A stretch of DNA of 36,005 nt from the IMG/VR virus record IMGVR_UViG_3300044674_000827, positions 1-36,005 of that record; one strand, 5' to 3'. Source of the DNA: a virus. Its lineage: Duplodnaviria; Caudoviricetes. The notes beneath the pieces are model-generated. The model was not told the origin of the DNA, searched no databases, and was given only the letters and a program-made list of their open reading frames with translations. Shown piece by piece: positions 17,747 through 27,162 of the stretch (its first letter is position 1; every line of letters begins with the position of its first letter). A program made the translations under genes and the position numbers.

Positions 17747-19030
17747 ATGAAGACTATTGGCGATATTACGGAAGCAAAATCCAAGAGTGCAGTATTCACT
17801 TTTGGTAGGTTTAACCCTCCTACGAGTGGGCACGAGAAACTCATACAAAAAATATCAGCCAAAGCAAGAACACTTGGAGCAGACCCTCTAGTCTATTCAT
17901 CCAAGTCACAAGACTCCAAAAAGAACCCTTTAGATTACAAGATTAAGATGATGTATCTTAAGAAGTTCTTTGGACGCCAAGTTAAATTTCCAACCAATCC
18001 AGTTAGAAATGTGTTTGACATTCTTGTACAGTTAAATGATCAAGGATACACTGACATCTCAATGATTGTAGGAAGCGATAGAGTCGCTGAATTCAAAAAA
18101 CTTCTAAACATGTACAATGGTAAAACAGCAAGACATGGCAGATATGATTTTGAAAGTATTAATGTGATCAGTGCAGGTGAAAGAGATCCAGACGCAGAAG
18201 GTGCATCTGGTATGTCAGCAAGTAAAGCAAGACAAATTGCCAGCGATGGGGACTATGAGGAATTCAAAAAAGCAGTACCAAGTACTGCAAAAGAAGCAGA
18301 CATCAAAAAATTATACTACAGTGTCCGATCTAAAATGGGCATAAGAGAGGAAGGAATGGATTTACCAGACTACATCTACAAAGATCTTTACGAAGGTGGA
18401 AAAAAGATCAAAGTTATGAATAAGAAAGGGACAGTGAGATATATCAACTCCTATGAATTAAGAACCTATACTCAAATGGGATATAAGAAAGTATCCGAAG
18501 AAGTACAAGAAGTTAAGACTATCAAAGTGGGTGAAGATGCAGTAGGATCTAAGAACCCTCATTATGCTATTATCCAAGATAGAAAAGTTGTTGCCATAGA
18601 CAGCAAAGAAAACTTACTCAAAGCAGTCACCAAATTAGAAGGTGCCAGAGTTTGGTTAACAACTAAAGCACTTGGAGAAATAGTTGAAGACGCAGTACCC
18701 TCTGTCAAAGGTGACCAACCAGCAAAATACTATTCAGGTATTAAAGATAAGAAAGAAAAAGAATCAAGAGCAAAGCATTTTGCGAAAGGTGCAGATAAAC
18801 CCGATGATGATCCAAAATCATATACACCAGCACCTGGAGATAAAGACGCAAAAACTAAACCATCAAAATACACTAAAAAGTTCAAGCAAATGTTTGGTGA
18901 AGTGTTAGATGATGCTGAGAGAGCAAGAATTAAAGCACAAAGAGATCGTAATAAAGATCAATTACAAAGAATGCGATCTAGATATAGAGATCAGATTGAT
19001 CGTTTAAAAGATAAAGAGCAGAGGGATTAA
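17747..19030 (+). CDS. HIGH-superfamily (cytidylyltransferase-like) nucleotidyltransferase with modular C-terminal extension
   Basis: FTFGRFNPPTSGHEKL, KNPL, VGSDRV, SAGERDPDAEG-x-x-GMSASK; ~225 aa of appended modules. Confidence 0.88.
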   Translation: MKTIGDITEAKSKSAVFTFGRFNPPTSGHEKLIQKISAKARTLGADPLVYSSKSQDSKKNPLDYKIKMMYLKKFFGRQVKFPTNPVRNVFDILVQLNDQGYTDISMIVGSDRVAEFKKLLNMYNGKTARHGRYDFESINVISAGERDPDAEGASGMSASKARQIASDGDYEEFKKAVPSTAKEADIKKLYYSVRSKMGIREEGMDLPDYIYKDLYEGGKKIKVMNKKGTVRYINSYELRTYTQMGYKKVSEEVQEVKTIKVGEDAVGSKNPHYAIIQDRKVVAIDSKENLLKAVTKLEGARVWLTTKALGEIVEDAVPSVKGDQPAKYYSGIKDKKEKESRAKHFAKGADKPDDDPKSYTPAPGDKDAKTKPSKYTKKFKQMFGEVLDDAERARIKAQRDRNKDQLQRMRSRYRDQIDRLKDKEQRD

Positions 19031-19032
19031 TT

Positions 19033-20544
19033 ATGGCAAAGATAGCAGGATTAGTTAAGAAAGCACAAGAGTCTGGAATATCTTATGGTACATTGAAGAA
19101 AGTGTATGATAGAGGTATGGCAGCATGGAAAACAGGGCATAGACCTGGAACTACACCACAACAATGGGCATTTGCTAGAGTAAATTCTTACATCACTAAA
19201 GGTAAAACATACAACACAGCAGATAAAGATTTAAGAGATCATGTCGAACCCAAAAAGACTTTCTCTCAGTTCAATGAAGATTGCTGGAATGGATACAAAA
19301 AAGAAGGTATGAAAAAGAAAGGGGACAAGATGGTTCCCAACTGTGTACCAGAAGAAGCAGAAGAAGATCCAAAAGAAAAAGCACATAAAGAACGAGTCAA
19401 AAGAGAAAGAGAACGCAACCTTGCTAATATGAGAAAATCTGCAGAAATGCAAAAAGATAAGATAGCAAAGGCAAGAGCAGATTCTAAGAAAAGACTGGAT
19501 ATGCTTAAAGACAAAGAAACTGCTAGACAAAGAGCAGAAAGGGAAAATCGACCACAGACTGAGGAAAAGAACTGTGGTTGTGGTAAAACACCCTGTGAAA
19601 CTTATGGCATAGTAGATGATAATCTACCAGAACAAAAAAAAGTAGACATCAAAAAGATGTTTGCTAGGGTCAAAGGTCTTTCAAAAAAGCAACTTGAGGT
19701 TTTGGCATCAATCCCAACACCTCAATTACATGTAATTGTTCAGCAATTATCTGGTCTTACTATGGGCGAAGATTTTGAACCCTTTAACACCATAGACGAA
19801 GCACTCTCTATTCAGCAACGAATAAAGAGAGGTATGATTGCTAGAAGAACTGCTAAGAAAAGATCTCGTATGAGAAAACTTAAAGCAAGAAGAATGAAGA
19901 ATGCTGGTGAGTTGCAGCAAAAAGCAATGAGAGCAGCAAGAACTAGACTAGCAAAAAGAATGCTGGGTAGTTTAAATATGGCTGATCTTTCAATATCACA
20001 AAAAGTTAATCTTGCCAAGAAACTAGAAAAGAAGAAAGGTGCAATCAAAAAACTTTCTAAGAGATTACTTCCTGCTGTAAGAAAGCAAGAAATGCAAAGA
20101 CTTAAAAAGTTTAGACAAGCACAACAAAATGAGTCTATATCACTATTCAAAGATTGGTGGTCAGAAGCAGCAAATGCTGCACAACAGGCAGCAATTGCTA
20201 TTGCTAAAAAGAAAAAACAAAAGAACGAAGAACCCAAATACAATCTTGGTAATGGTAATTGTAATGACTCTTATCTAGAACTTGGTACTGATAAAATCAG
20301 AAAGGTATATTCTAAAGATACTCCAGGACAAGCAAACGAAAGCATGGATCCTAAACAATTTTCAAAAAATAACTTTGTTGTATCTTATCAAAACAAAAAG
20401 AGAAAGGAAAAAGAGAAGTTAGTGTTTGGTGCCAATATGCAAAAAGATGCTATCAACTATGCTAATAAAGCAAACAAAGTGGATAAAGATGGTGGCCAAT
20501 ATACAGTTTATAATAACAACAGAGGAGTACTAAAAAGTATTTAA
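19033..20544 (+). CDS. Modular basic protein, probable internal head polyprotein; DUF5824-like N-terminus
   Basis: VYDRGMAAWKTGHRPG...WAFARVNS; CWNGY...VPNCVP; CGCG-x-x-PC; long Arg/Lys-rich helix; ELGTD...TPGQ. Confidence 0.65.
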   Translation: MAKIAGLVKKAQESGISYGTLKKVYDRGMAAWKTGHRPGTTPQQWAFARVNSYITKGKTYNTADKDLRDHVEPKKTFSQFNEDCWNGYKKEGMKKKGDKMVPNCVPEEAEEDPKEKAHKERVKRERERNLANMRKSAEMQKDKIAKARADSKKRLDMLKDKETARQRAERENRPQTEEKNCGCGKTPCETYGIVDDNLPEQKKVDIKKMFARVKGLSKKQLEVLASIPTPQLHVIVQQLSGLTMGEDFEPFNTIDEALSIQQRIKRGMIARRTAKKRSRMRKLKARRMKNAGELQQKAMRAARTRLAKRMLGSLNMADLSISQKVNLAKKLEKKKGAIKKLSKRLLPAVRKQEMQRLKKFRQAQQNESISLFKDWWSEAANAAQQAAIAIAKKKKQKNEEPKYNLGNGNCNDSYLELGTDKIRKVYSKDTPGQANESMDPKQFSKNNFVVSYQNKKRKEKEKLVFGANMQKDAINYANKANKVDKDGGQYTVYNNNRGVLKSI

Positions 20545-20547
20545 AAC

Positions 20548-20760
20548 ATGGCAGGAACAAAAAAATTCGGAGAAGAAAACTATATCGCCAATCCGATGGG
20601 GATACCAGCATATGACTATATCTCAAACACCTATGATGTAAGTGATAACCTAACACAGGTTGTTTACAGATTGGGTGGTTCAAGTGGTACTATCGTTGCC
20701 ACAATAGTGATGACTTATGATGGGTCTAACAATCTATTGACAGTTGAGAGAACAGTATAA
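20548..20760 (+). CDS. Small beta-rich putative virion protein
   Basis: YDYISNTYD...VY-x-x-GGSSGT-x-VAT...YDGSNNL pattern. Confidence 0.6.
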   Translation: MAGTKKFGEENYIANPMGIPAYDYISNTYDVSDNLTQVVYRLGGSSGTIVATIVMTYDGSNNLLTVERTV

Positions 20761-20984
20761 TGTCTTGGACTTTTAACATTTTTACAGGTAGATTGGATCA
20801 AACAGATAAGAAAACGATTGAACAAACAATAGATAACTCCACTACAATTACTCAAATTATAGAGGGACAAAACTTTAACATTCCTGGTCCTTTTTCTAAT
20901 GACTCTGCTGCTGCATCAGGTGGTGTAGGAGTCGGAGATTTTTATTTTAACTCATCTGGAAACGTGTTTGTAAGGCAATCATAA
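20760..20984 (+). CDS. Small putative virion/fibre-associated protein
   Basis: F-x-NDSAAASGGVGVGDFY motif seen in fibre-like proteins; TAATG coupling. Confidence 0.55.
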   Translation: MSWTFNIFTGRLDQTDKKTIEQTIDNSTTITQIIEGQNFNIPGPFSNDSAAASGGVGVGDFYFNSSGNVFVRQS

Positions 20985-20988
20985 TATA

Positions 20989-22167
20989 ATGAAAAGTTTT
21001 TTAGAACATACTACTCAAATAGAAGAACTCAATATACGAGGTCTTATACAACGAGGACTAAAGAAAGTCAAATCTATTTTTAAAAAAGTATTCTCTAAAA
21101 TTCAGTTTGGTCAAAGAGTTCGTATTCCTGTCACATTACCTAAGATAATGTCAGAAGGTGTAGATGCTAAGTCTAGACTGGGGTATTTCTCTGAGATCGT
21201 TACAGCAGTCGAGTTAGCAAAGAACATTGAGAACTCGCCAGCATCTTTAGGCATGAGAACTAAACTAGGTGCATTAGAAAAGCAACAGAAAGACAATGAA
21301 GCAGAACTCAAACGAGAACTAAATGCTAAAGATGCCAAAGATATCAAAAGACAAAAGGCAGCAGGTAAAGCAATGGCTGATGCTATCTTTGCTGATGTAC
21401 AAACAGCATTAGATTACAAATTCTTAGAGTTTGAAATAGAATTAACAGGTGACAGTGGTAAAGGAACAACTAAAGCAGATTTGGTGATCACAGTCACTAA
21501 GAAGAATGAGAAACAAGTTGTAGACGAGATACACGCATCTCTAAAGTCATATAAAACCAGCAACATCAATTTGGCAAATTCAACTTACATATCGTTCTTA
21601 AAAACTTTGTTCTATGATACAGGTAAAGCAGCACGCAGTACACCAGATTTTATAGAACAATTTGCGAAAGACTTTGGTTCTCGTTCACAGATACAGCAAC
21701 TAACTGACTTGCAAAACATCATACCTAATTACATGAAACAAGGTAAGAGTAAAGAAGAAGCAAGAGCAGTAGCAAAAGCATCACATCGATCAGTTATTAA
21801 ACTCATAGTTGAAATCTTTGATACATACTATATGAGTCATAAGAAAGAGATCAACAATAGAATGCTTTTCTTACTTGGGTTAGATGGAAGTGATGACTTC
21901 TATGCTGCGATAGGTAAAGACGACAAGAAACAAACAGTCATTAGTTCAAGGACTAGTGCAAAGATGAAAGAATTGATTAATAATGTAAAGGGAGACTTCT
22001 TGCTTACAGTTAAGCACAACGAAGGAACTAATAATGCGAATATTATATTTTTATCACCAGACGGAAGTCCCTTCTTTTCTGGTAACTTAACATTCACCGA
22101 CACAGGTGGAGAGAGTGCGCAGGGTAAGTCCAATGCATTTTTTAATTTCAAAGGATTTGAAGATTGA
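20989..22167 (+). CDS. PD-(D/E)xK restriction-endonuclease-like protein with capsid-targeting-like N-terminus
   Basis: MKSFLEH...IEE leader; GYFSE helix, TKADLVI, ASLK. Confidence 0.55.
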   Translation: MKSFLEHTTQIEELNIRGLIQRGLKKVKSIFKKVFSKIQFGQRVRIPVTLPKIMSEGVDAKSRLGYFSEIVTAVELAKNIENSPASLGMRTKLGALEKQQKDNEAELKRELNAKDAKDIKRQKAAGKAMADAIFADVQTALDYKFLEFEIELTGDSGKGTTKADLVITVTKKNEKQVVDEIHASLKSYKTSNINLANSTYISFLKTLFYDTGKAARSTPDFIEQFAKDFGSRSQIQQLTDLQNIIPNYMKQGKSKEEARAVAKASHRSVIKLIVEIFDTYYMSHKKEINNRMLFLLGLDGSDDFYAAIGKDDKKQTVISSRTSAKMKELINNVKGDFLLTVKHNEGTNNANIIFLSPDGSPFFSGNLTFTDTGGESAQGKSNAFFNFKGFED

Positions 22168-22412
22168 AAACATTTTTAGAACATAAACAAGAACTAGAAG
22201 AAGCATTTATCGTTATGACTAGAGTCAATGGTGACATGTGGAAAATAGTTAAAGGTGTGCCAGATAAAAAAGAAGCACAACAAGCAAAGAAATCAATATG
22301 GGTTAAATCTGGCAACATGAAAGATAAAGCAATTGTGCCTAATTCAGTTGCTAAGAAAAACAAATGGAAGATGAATGGCATCGTCCAATGGAATGGTAAA
22401 GGAGCAGTTTAG
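22164..22412 (+). CDS. Small putative internal head protein
   Basis: TTG start after AAGGA; MKTFLEHKQELEE leader. Confidence 0.65.
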   Translation: MKTFLEHKQELEEAFIVMTRVNGDMWKIVKGVPDKKEAQQAKKSIWVKSGNMKDKAIVPNSVAKKNKWKMNGIVQWNGKGAV

Positions 22413-22813
22413 TGAAAACTTTTAAGGAACATCGGTGCGAATGTGATCATGACTTTTCTGGTAAACCAGAGTTTGCTCTATACGAAGGCAGAGCAGTTCC
22501 TTTAGAAAGACCCATGATCGAAGCAAAGGTTGATGGGAAAGATGTGGAACTAAACAAACCCAAAGCAGGTGGACCAAAGAAATACTATGTGTATGTAAAA
22601 GACCCATCTACAGGCAACATTAAAAAAGTCACATGGGGCGATACAACAGGTCTTAAAGTTAAGTTGAATGACCCAGCAGCAAGAAAATCATTCGCAGCAA
22701 GACATAAATGTGCACAGCAAAAAGACAAAACAAGTGCTGCATATTGGGCATGTAACTTACCAAGATATGCTGGGCAGTTAGGATTGAGTGGTGGCGGAAA
22801 CTTCTATTGGTAA
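22412..22813 (+). CDS. Putative internal head protein with KK-x-x-VYV...V-x-WG...SF-x-ARH-x-C...YW-x-C domain
   Basis: GTG start after AAGGAG; MKTFKEH leader; motif widespread in phage virion proteins. Confidence 0.7.
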   Translation: MKTFKEHRCECDHDFSGKPEFALYEGRAVPLERPMIEAKVDGKDVELNKPKAGGPKKYYVYVKDPSTGNIKKVTWGDTTGLKVKLNDPAARKSFAARHKCAQQKDKTSAAYWACNLPRYAGQLGLSGGGNFYW

Positions 22814-23063
22814 ACCTTACACTGATGATGGAGATATCCGAAAGATTATTGAAGATATTGAAGTTAATGAGTATGAATGGCATAGAGATGCTGAAGATAG
22901 AAGAATTGAAGTCATTGAAGGAGAGGGTTGGCAACTACAATACAATGGAGAGTTGCCAGTTGAATTGATAATAGGTGATGAGTATGATATACCAAAAAAT
23001 ATGTATCACCGAGTTATTCCTGGAAAGGGCGATTTATTAGTAAAAATCCAGAAACAGGAATAA
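22788..23063 (+). CDS. Cupin-fold protein
   Basis: WHRD-x-EDR, GW-x-LQ, IPK-x-x-YHRVI-x-G. Confidence 0.75.
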   Translation: MVAETSIGKPYTDDGDIRKIIEDIEVNEYEWHRDAEDRRIEVIEGEGWQLQYNGELPVELIIGDEYDIPKNMYHRVIPGKGDLLVKIQKQE

Positions 23064-23069
23064 AAAATA

Positions 23070-23077
23070 TATAAATA
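23070..23077 (+). promoter_or_regulatory. T4-type late promoter TATAAATA
   Basis: Exact consensus, intergenic. Confidence 0.85.
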
Positions 23078-23098
23078 ATATGAAAGCGAGAGACTACT

Positions 23099-23608
23099 AT
23101 GGCAAATTATAGACAATCTTGGAAAGACCAACTTGATAGTGTCAGAGGGCAAATGGCTCCTGTGCTCGAAGAAAATGCACAGAAGCAAGAAGCATTTGCT
23201 GAAATTGATGCACTATTAGAAGAAGTCACAACGGAAGTAGATCTTCAGGAAAGAGTACAGCAACTGATAGAAAATCCTGAGCAACTCGCATTAGATTATC
23301 TCAAACTTAAAAAACGAATTAGTCAATTTGAAGTCACAGAAGGAACCATGGCATTTGGTATCTTTGATCACAATCCACGAATTAGAGGGAATGCAATCAA
23401 AGGGTTTCAAAAGTTAATGAAGAGTGTTCCAGGCAACACCAAAGTAGGTTCGCCAAAAGGAGTTAAATTGATCAGGGATTTAGAAATGAAATACTTATCT
23501 GATGATGAATTAGCAGATGATTTCATGAGACCCGAAAACAAAAACAAAACTGTTAGAGATATCTTCAACAAACATGCGAAGAGACTTAACTTAAATCTAG
23601 TAAAATAG
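23099..23608 (+). CDS. Late hypothetical protein (acidic pro-region plus basic module)
   Basis: Glu-rich N-half ending ...FEVTE, then a basic domain. Confidence 0.65.
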   Translation: MANYRQSWKDQLDSVRGQMAPVLEENAQKQEAFAEIDALLEEVTTEVDLQERVQQLIENPEQLALDYLKLKKRISQFEVTEGTMAFGIFDHNPRIRGNAIKGFQKLMKSVPGNTKVGSPKGVKLIRDLEMKYLSDDELADDFMRPENKNKTVRDIFNKHAKRLNLNLVK

Positions 23609-23616
23609 GAAGAACA

Positions 23617-24150
23617 ATGGAATACCGAGACTTAAAAACAGACCCAATGCAAGAAGCAGTAAGGGCATTATTAGAAAAATCTAAAAAAGCACCTGTCACT
23701 GATAAAGATGACGATGGCGAAGGAATGGATCCTGTAGGTCATGGTGACAAAGATATCGATAACGATGGTGACCATGATTCAACTGACAAGTATCTTACCA
23801 AAAGACGCAAAGCAATAACAAAAAATGTCAAAGGTAAAGACGAAGTTGAAGAAGCAAATGAACCATCAAAAGCAAATGGTGGTATCGCTCATGATTGCGC
23901 AACCCATGTTGCTCATGAAGAGTTTGGTTTAGGTGAATGTGTATCTACAGAACATACTTTAGCAGAAGATGGTACAGTATCTCATTATGATGTTGTATTC
24001 GAAAGAGTAGGACTCAAAAGAGCAATGCCTATCGAAGAACTAAAGGTAACAAAATCTGAAGCACATATGCATGCATCTAAGCAATTATTTACTCCTGCTA
24101 AGAAGAAAGGAGTTGTAAAAGGTAAAATCGGTAAAGCAAACCCAGCATAA
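23617..24150 (+). CDS. Late protein with DxDxDG motif and His/Cys-rich module
   Basis: DPVG-x-x-DKDIDNDGDHDSTDKYL-x-KRRKAI; HDCATHV-x-H...G-x-GEC...HYDV. Confidence 0.7.
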   Translation: MEYRDLKTDPMQEAVRALLEKSKKAPVTDKDDDGEGMDPVGHGDKDIDNDGDHDSTDKYLTKRRKAITKNVKGKDEVEEANEPSKANGGIAHDCATHVAHEEFGLGECVSTEHTLAEDGTVSHYDVVFERVGLKRAMPIEELKVTKSEAHMHASKQLFTPAKKKGVVKGKIGKANPA

Positions 24151-24154
24151 AGTT

Positions 24155-24934
24155 ATGAAGCAATATTATCTTATTCCTCTTGCCAAGGATGAGACTCACC
24201 CTGATTGGGTAAAGGCAATGAAAGCAATTAAAATGCATGGGTTGGATAAACCTTTAAATGCAGATGAGTTTGCCGAAAGAAAGAAAGAGGCAGTGAAAAT
24301 GCATGGACATGTGTTTCACAAAATTACTAATAAAGTAATACAAGCAACAGATGAAGAATTTTCTAAACTGGATGGAAGATTGAAAAACTTTAAAGAGAAA
24401 TTACGAAGACTTGGATACATGAAGAATGTACAAGAAAACATCGTAATTACTAAACAAATTATGGAAGCAGCACTCGGCGACTTTGGTATGCAGAGTGATG
24501 CAGGAAATAAAAAAATTGCTAGAGCAATTGCTCAAGCAAAGAATCCAGTAGATCTTAAGAATAGACTATCCAAGATTTCGAGGATGGCAGGTGGTAAGTA
24601 TGCCGAAGCAGGAGATGACGATGTCATAGATACTGCGATGGATGCCTTTAAGAATAAGAAGAATTCTAAAGGTGGTCAGCAGGATCAGGCAGATAGAAAC
24701 ATCTTTAATCAAATCAAAAAAGCAGCAGATGGTACGAGACCATACACTGTGACTACTGATGATTTGAAGAAGTTTCAATTTAAGGCAGATGATGCTAGAA
24801 AAGTTTATTCCATGCTAAATAAGGTTAAACCACAATTAAGATCAACATACATACAATTGCTGCAGAAAGATAAAAGATCTTTTCAAAATACTGTAAAGAA
24901 AATTCTTGCTGTAGCACAAAGATTAGGACGATAG
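24155..24934 (+). CDS. Late modular hypothetical protein
   Basis: LDGR-x-KNFKEKL-x-RLGY and FGM-x-SDAGNKKIA modules separated by x-x-E linkers. Confidence 0.65.
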   Translation: MKQYYLIPLAKDETHPDWVKAMKAIKMHGLDKPLNADEFAERKKEAVKMHGHVFHKITNKVIQATDEEFSKLDGRLKNFKEKLRRLGYMKNVQENIVITKQIMEAALGDFGMQSDAGNKKIARAIAQAKNPVDLKNRLSKISRMAGGKYAEAGDDDVIDTAMDAFKNKKNSKGGQQDQADRNIFNQIKKAADGTRPYTVTTDDLKKFQFKADDARKVYSMLNKVKPQLRSTYIQLLQKDKRSFQNTVKKILAVAQRLGR

Positions 24935-25186
24935 ATGAAAATTTTAAAATTATTAGGAAGTGCAACTGCTTTAGGATCTGCAGATAATGTAGATTCAGCA
25001 TCACTTTGTTTCGTCGTAAATACTACTACTAGTGCTGTAGAGGTGACTCTTGCTACTAGTGGTGCTTCAACAATAGGGACTGCGTATATACCAGCATCTG
25101 GATCAATCTTTATAGAGAAAAATCCTACAGATACTCTGGTAGCATCCGCAAGTGTACATGCTACAAGTGTAGCATTTAGAGACTAG
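24935..25186 (+). CDS. Small beta-sandwich putative virion protein
   Basis: Ala/Ser/Thr-rich; IEK-x-PTDTL motif. Confidence 0.65.
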   Translation: MKILKLLGSATALGSADNVDSASLCFVVNTTTSAVEVTLATSGASTIGTAYIPASGSIFIEKNPTDTLVASASVHATSVAFRD

Positions 25187-25195
25187 GAGAAAATC

Positions 25196-25735
25196 ATGCC
25201 ATTATGGGGTATAACAGACGGTGCTGAAGATAAACCAAAATATCTTACAACCGAAGAAAAAACAAGAACATATGCTGATGCGACTGGTTGGAAAATCGAC
25301 AAGACTGTAGGTTCTAGAGTACAAACAGAATTACTAGTTGCTGTATCTGGTGGCAATAATCTTGCTACAGCGATAGCAGAGGCAACAATCACTTCTGTCT
25401 ACTTTAAAGATGCATCTTATGACCAAGGTGATACAGGTACAGTCGTTGTTGTATGGAACGAAAGAGTTGATGTAACAAATGGTGCTACACTAAGTGTTAC
25501 AGGTTCTGTTGATGGAGCAATTACTGCTACATCTACTGCTGTTACAGATAGCAACAAAGCAGAATTTACATTCACTGTTCCTGGAACAACACAAGATCTA
25601 TCAATCGGTGCACAAACAATCAGTGGTACTATCGTAGATGATGGTACATCTACAGTATCTGACAAAGCATTCGTCACTGGAGACAGAATCGGTGCTACAG
25701 GTACAGGAACATATGCTGACATCAGTGTAGCATAA
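25196..25735 (+). CDS. Virion structural protein (MPLWG family) with Ig-like C-terminal domain
   Basis: SD AGGAG; MPLWG-x-x-D...KPK, WNE-x-VDVT; Thr-rich. Confidence 0.7.
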   Translation: MPLWGITDGAEDKPKYLTTEEKTRTYADATGWKIDKTVGSRVQTELLVAVSGGNNLATAIAEATITSVYFKDASYDQGDTGTVVVVWNERVDVTNGATLSVTGSVDGAITATSTAVTDSNKAEFTFTVPGTTQDLSIGAQTISGTIVDDGTSTVSDKAFVTGDRIGATGTGTYADISVA

Positions 25736-25753
25736 TTAATTAGGTAGAACAGT

Positions 25754-26197
25754 ATGAAAAAATTTAGACAGTTTATAAATGAGAGTGAAACACTCGGAGC
25801 ATTTAATCAAGCATCTGCAGATATGTCACATGTATCTCCAGGAGCACATTACATTGAAGATGACCAAGTAGTCAACAGAGTTAACTCATGGTTGGGTTCA
25901 ATGGCTGAAAGAGAATTTCTAAATGTAGAATCTGCTGTTCATCAACTATACCAAAAGTTGCAAACTATTGGTGTAGATTTCGATCTATTGGCAATCAATG
26001 AACAAGACCTTACCACTAGTGGTGAGGTCTCAATGCCAATCACTCAATTTGGTGGTACTTTTGGAAAGACTGGCGAAGAGGGTCCTGAAGAAATCACAGT
26101 TGATGATGGGCAAAGAGGTGCTGGAAGATCTCTCAAGATTGCTTGGGAAAGGCACGAACAAACTGGATCATATAAAGTATTTGGTTCATTAGTCTAA
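25754..26197 (+). CDS. Putative head protein with capsid-targeting-like leader
   Basis: MKKFRQFINE closely resembles the T4 internal-protein CTS (MKTYQEFIAE-type). Confidence 0.65.
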   Translation: MKKFRQFINESETLGAFNQASADMSHVSPGAHYIEDDQVVNRVNSWLGSMAEREFLNVESAVHQLYQKLQTIGVDFDLLAINEQDLTTSGEVSMPITQFGGTFGKTGEEGPEEITVDDGQRGAGRSLKIAWERHEQTGSYKVFGSLV

Positions 26198-26221
26198 AAC
26201 AGACTAAATATATTTTACATT

Positions 26222-26599
26222 ATGGAATTGTTTGAGAAATTAAACAGCGATAACTTTACATTATTCGCTATCAAGTATTACGATAACCCACAGTGCGAAA
26301 GCATTGATGAGTTTTATGATGACTTGCGTAGATTTAGATATCTGAAAAGATTATTGTATCGTTATCACGAGCAAGGTGAATTAAAAGAACGATTGGTTCT
26401 TAATCACCTCATCGTACTGTTCAATGTATTCGGATTTGATGCTGGGCATCGAATGTTAGAATACAAAATACCTCTTAAGAAAACGAAGTATTGGGGAACA
26501 ATTAAGACGATGTTGTTATTTTTAGGATATGTCAAAGAAGATTACAAAACAGACATTCCTGTTGACAACAACATGGCTGAAAAGTTAAGAAAGTTATAA
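26222..26599 (+). CDS. Conserved T4-like core hypothetical protein
   Basis: LN-x-DNF-x-LFAIKYYDNPQC...EFYDDL-x-RF-x-YLKRL...ERL-x-LNH-x-I; late-type ACTAAATA at 26203-26210. Confidence 0.8.
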   Translation: MELFEKLNSDNFTLFAIKYYDNPQCESIDEFYDDLRRFRYLKRLLYRYHEQGELKERLVLNHLIVLFNVFGFDAGHRMLEYKIPLKKTKYWGTIKTMLLFLGYVKEDYKTDIPVDNNMAEKLRKL

Positions 26600-27162
26600 T
26601 GGCAAAAGTTATAGATACATTAATTGTTTTTAGAGTACTTCGACTTCTAACCATACCATTCAAAAAACAAAAAGCATTCGAACTCGGAATCATAGACGAG
26701 AAAGGCAATCGTATTAAAGAGCGAGAGATATTGTCAACCGAAGATCGTAATGCTTATACATTACTACACAGACTAGTATTCAATCTCAAAAAGATCATAG
26801 AGAAAGTTCCATTTGGTAAAACCAGATTGGCATCTTATGCTGTCGCACTCGCTTTGCTTAAAGAAGAAGCAAACCTCACAAGAGAGTCGATGGAAGATTT
26901 GTGCGAGAAAGTATATCATCACATCAAGGAAGAGGGATCCCTCACAGCAGAAGAGATAAATGAGGGCATCTATCTGGACGAACTTGTACTTGGTGGCAAA
27001 TACTTTATTCGCAGAAGAATCGAACAAAACGATAAGTTCTATGATCACCGCACACAAGTAAGCATATTAGAACAGAAAGGAAAAGTATTTGGTGTATCTG
27101 TATATACAGCATTACACGAATATGGTGACATTCTCTATATTACAGGGGATGATGTTAAATGA
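26599..27162 (+). CDS. Conserved T4-like late protein
   Basis: LLT-x-PF...AFELGIIDEKG...AYT-x-LHRLVFNLKK...ASYA-x-AL-x-LLKE. Confidence 0.75.
   Translation: MAKVIDTLIVFRVLRLLTIPFKKQKAFELGIIDEKGNRIKEREILSTEDRNAYTLLHRLVFNLKKIIEKVPFGKTRLASYAVALALLKEEANLTRESMEDLCEKVYHHIKEEGSLTAEEINEGIYLDELVLGGKYFIRRRIEQNDKFYDHRTQVSILEQKGKVFGVSVYTALHEYGDILYITGDDVK

Noticed and set aside
19003-19014. T TTA AAA slippery heptamer that might fuse ORF 17747 to ORF 19033 (-1 frame)
   Set aside because: The -1 frame hits TAA at 19012-19014 before reaching the next gene.
6614-26192. Short same-strand alternative-frame ORFs (6614-6799, 18684-18908, 25998-26192)
   Set aside because: 61-74 aa, no convincing protein features or codon distortion; plausible by chance, unlike the nrdA case.
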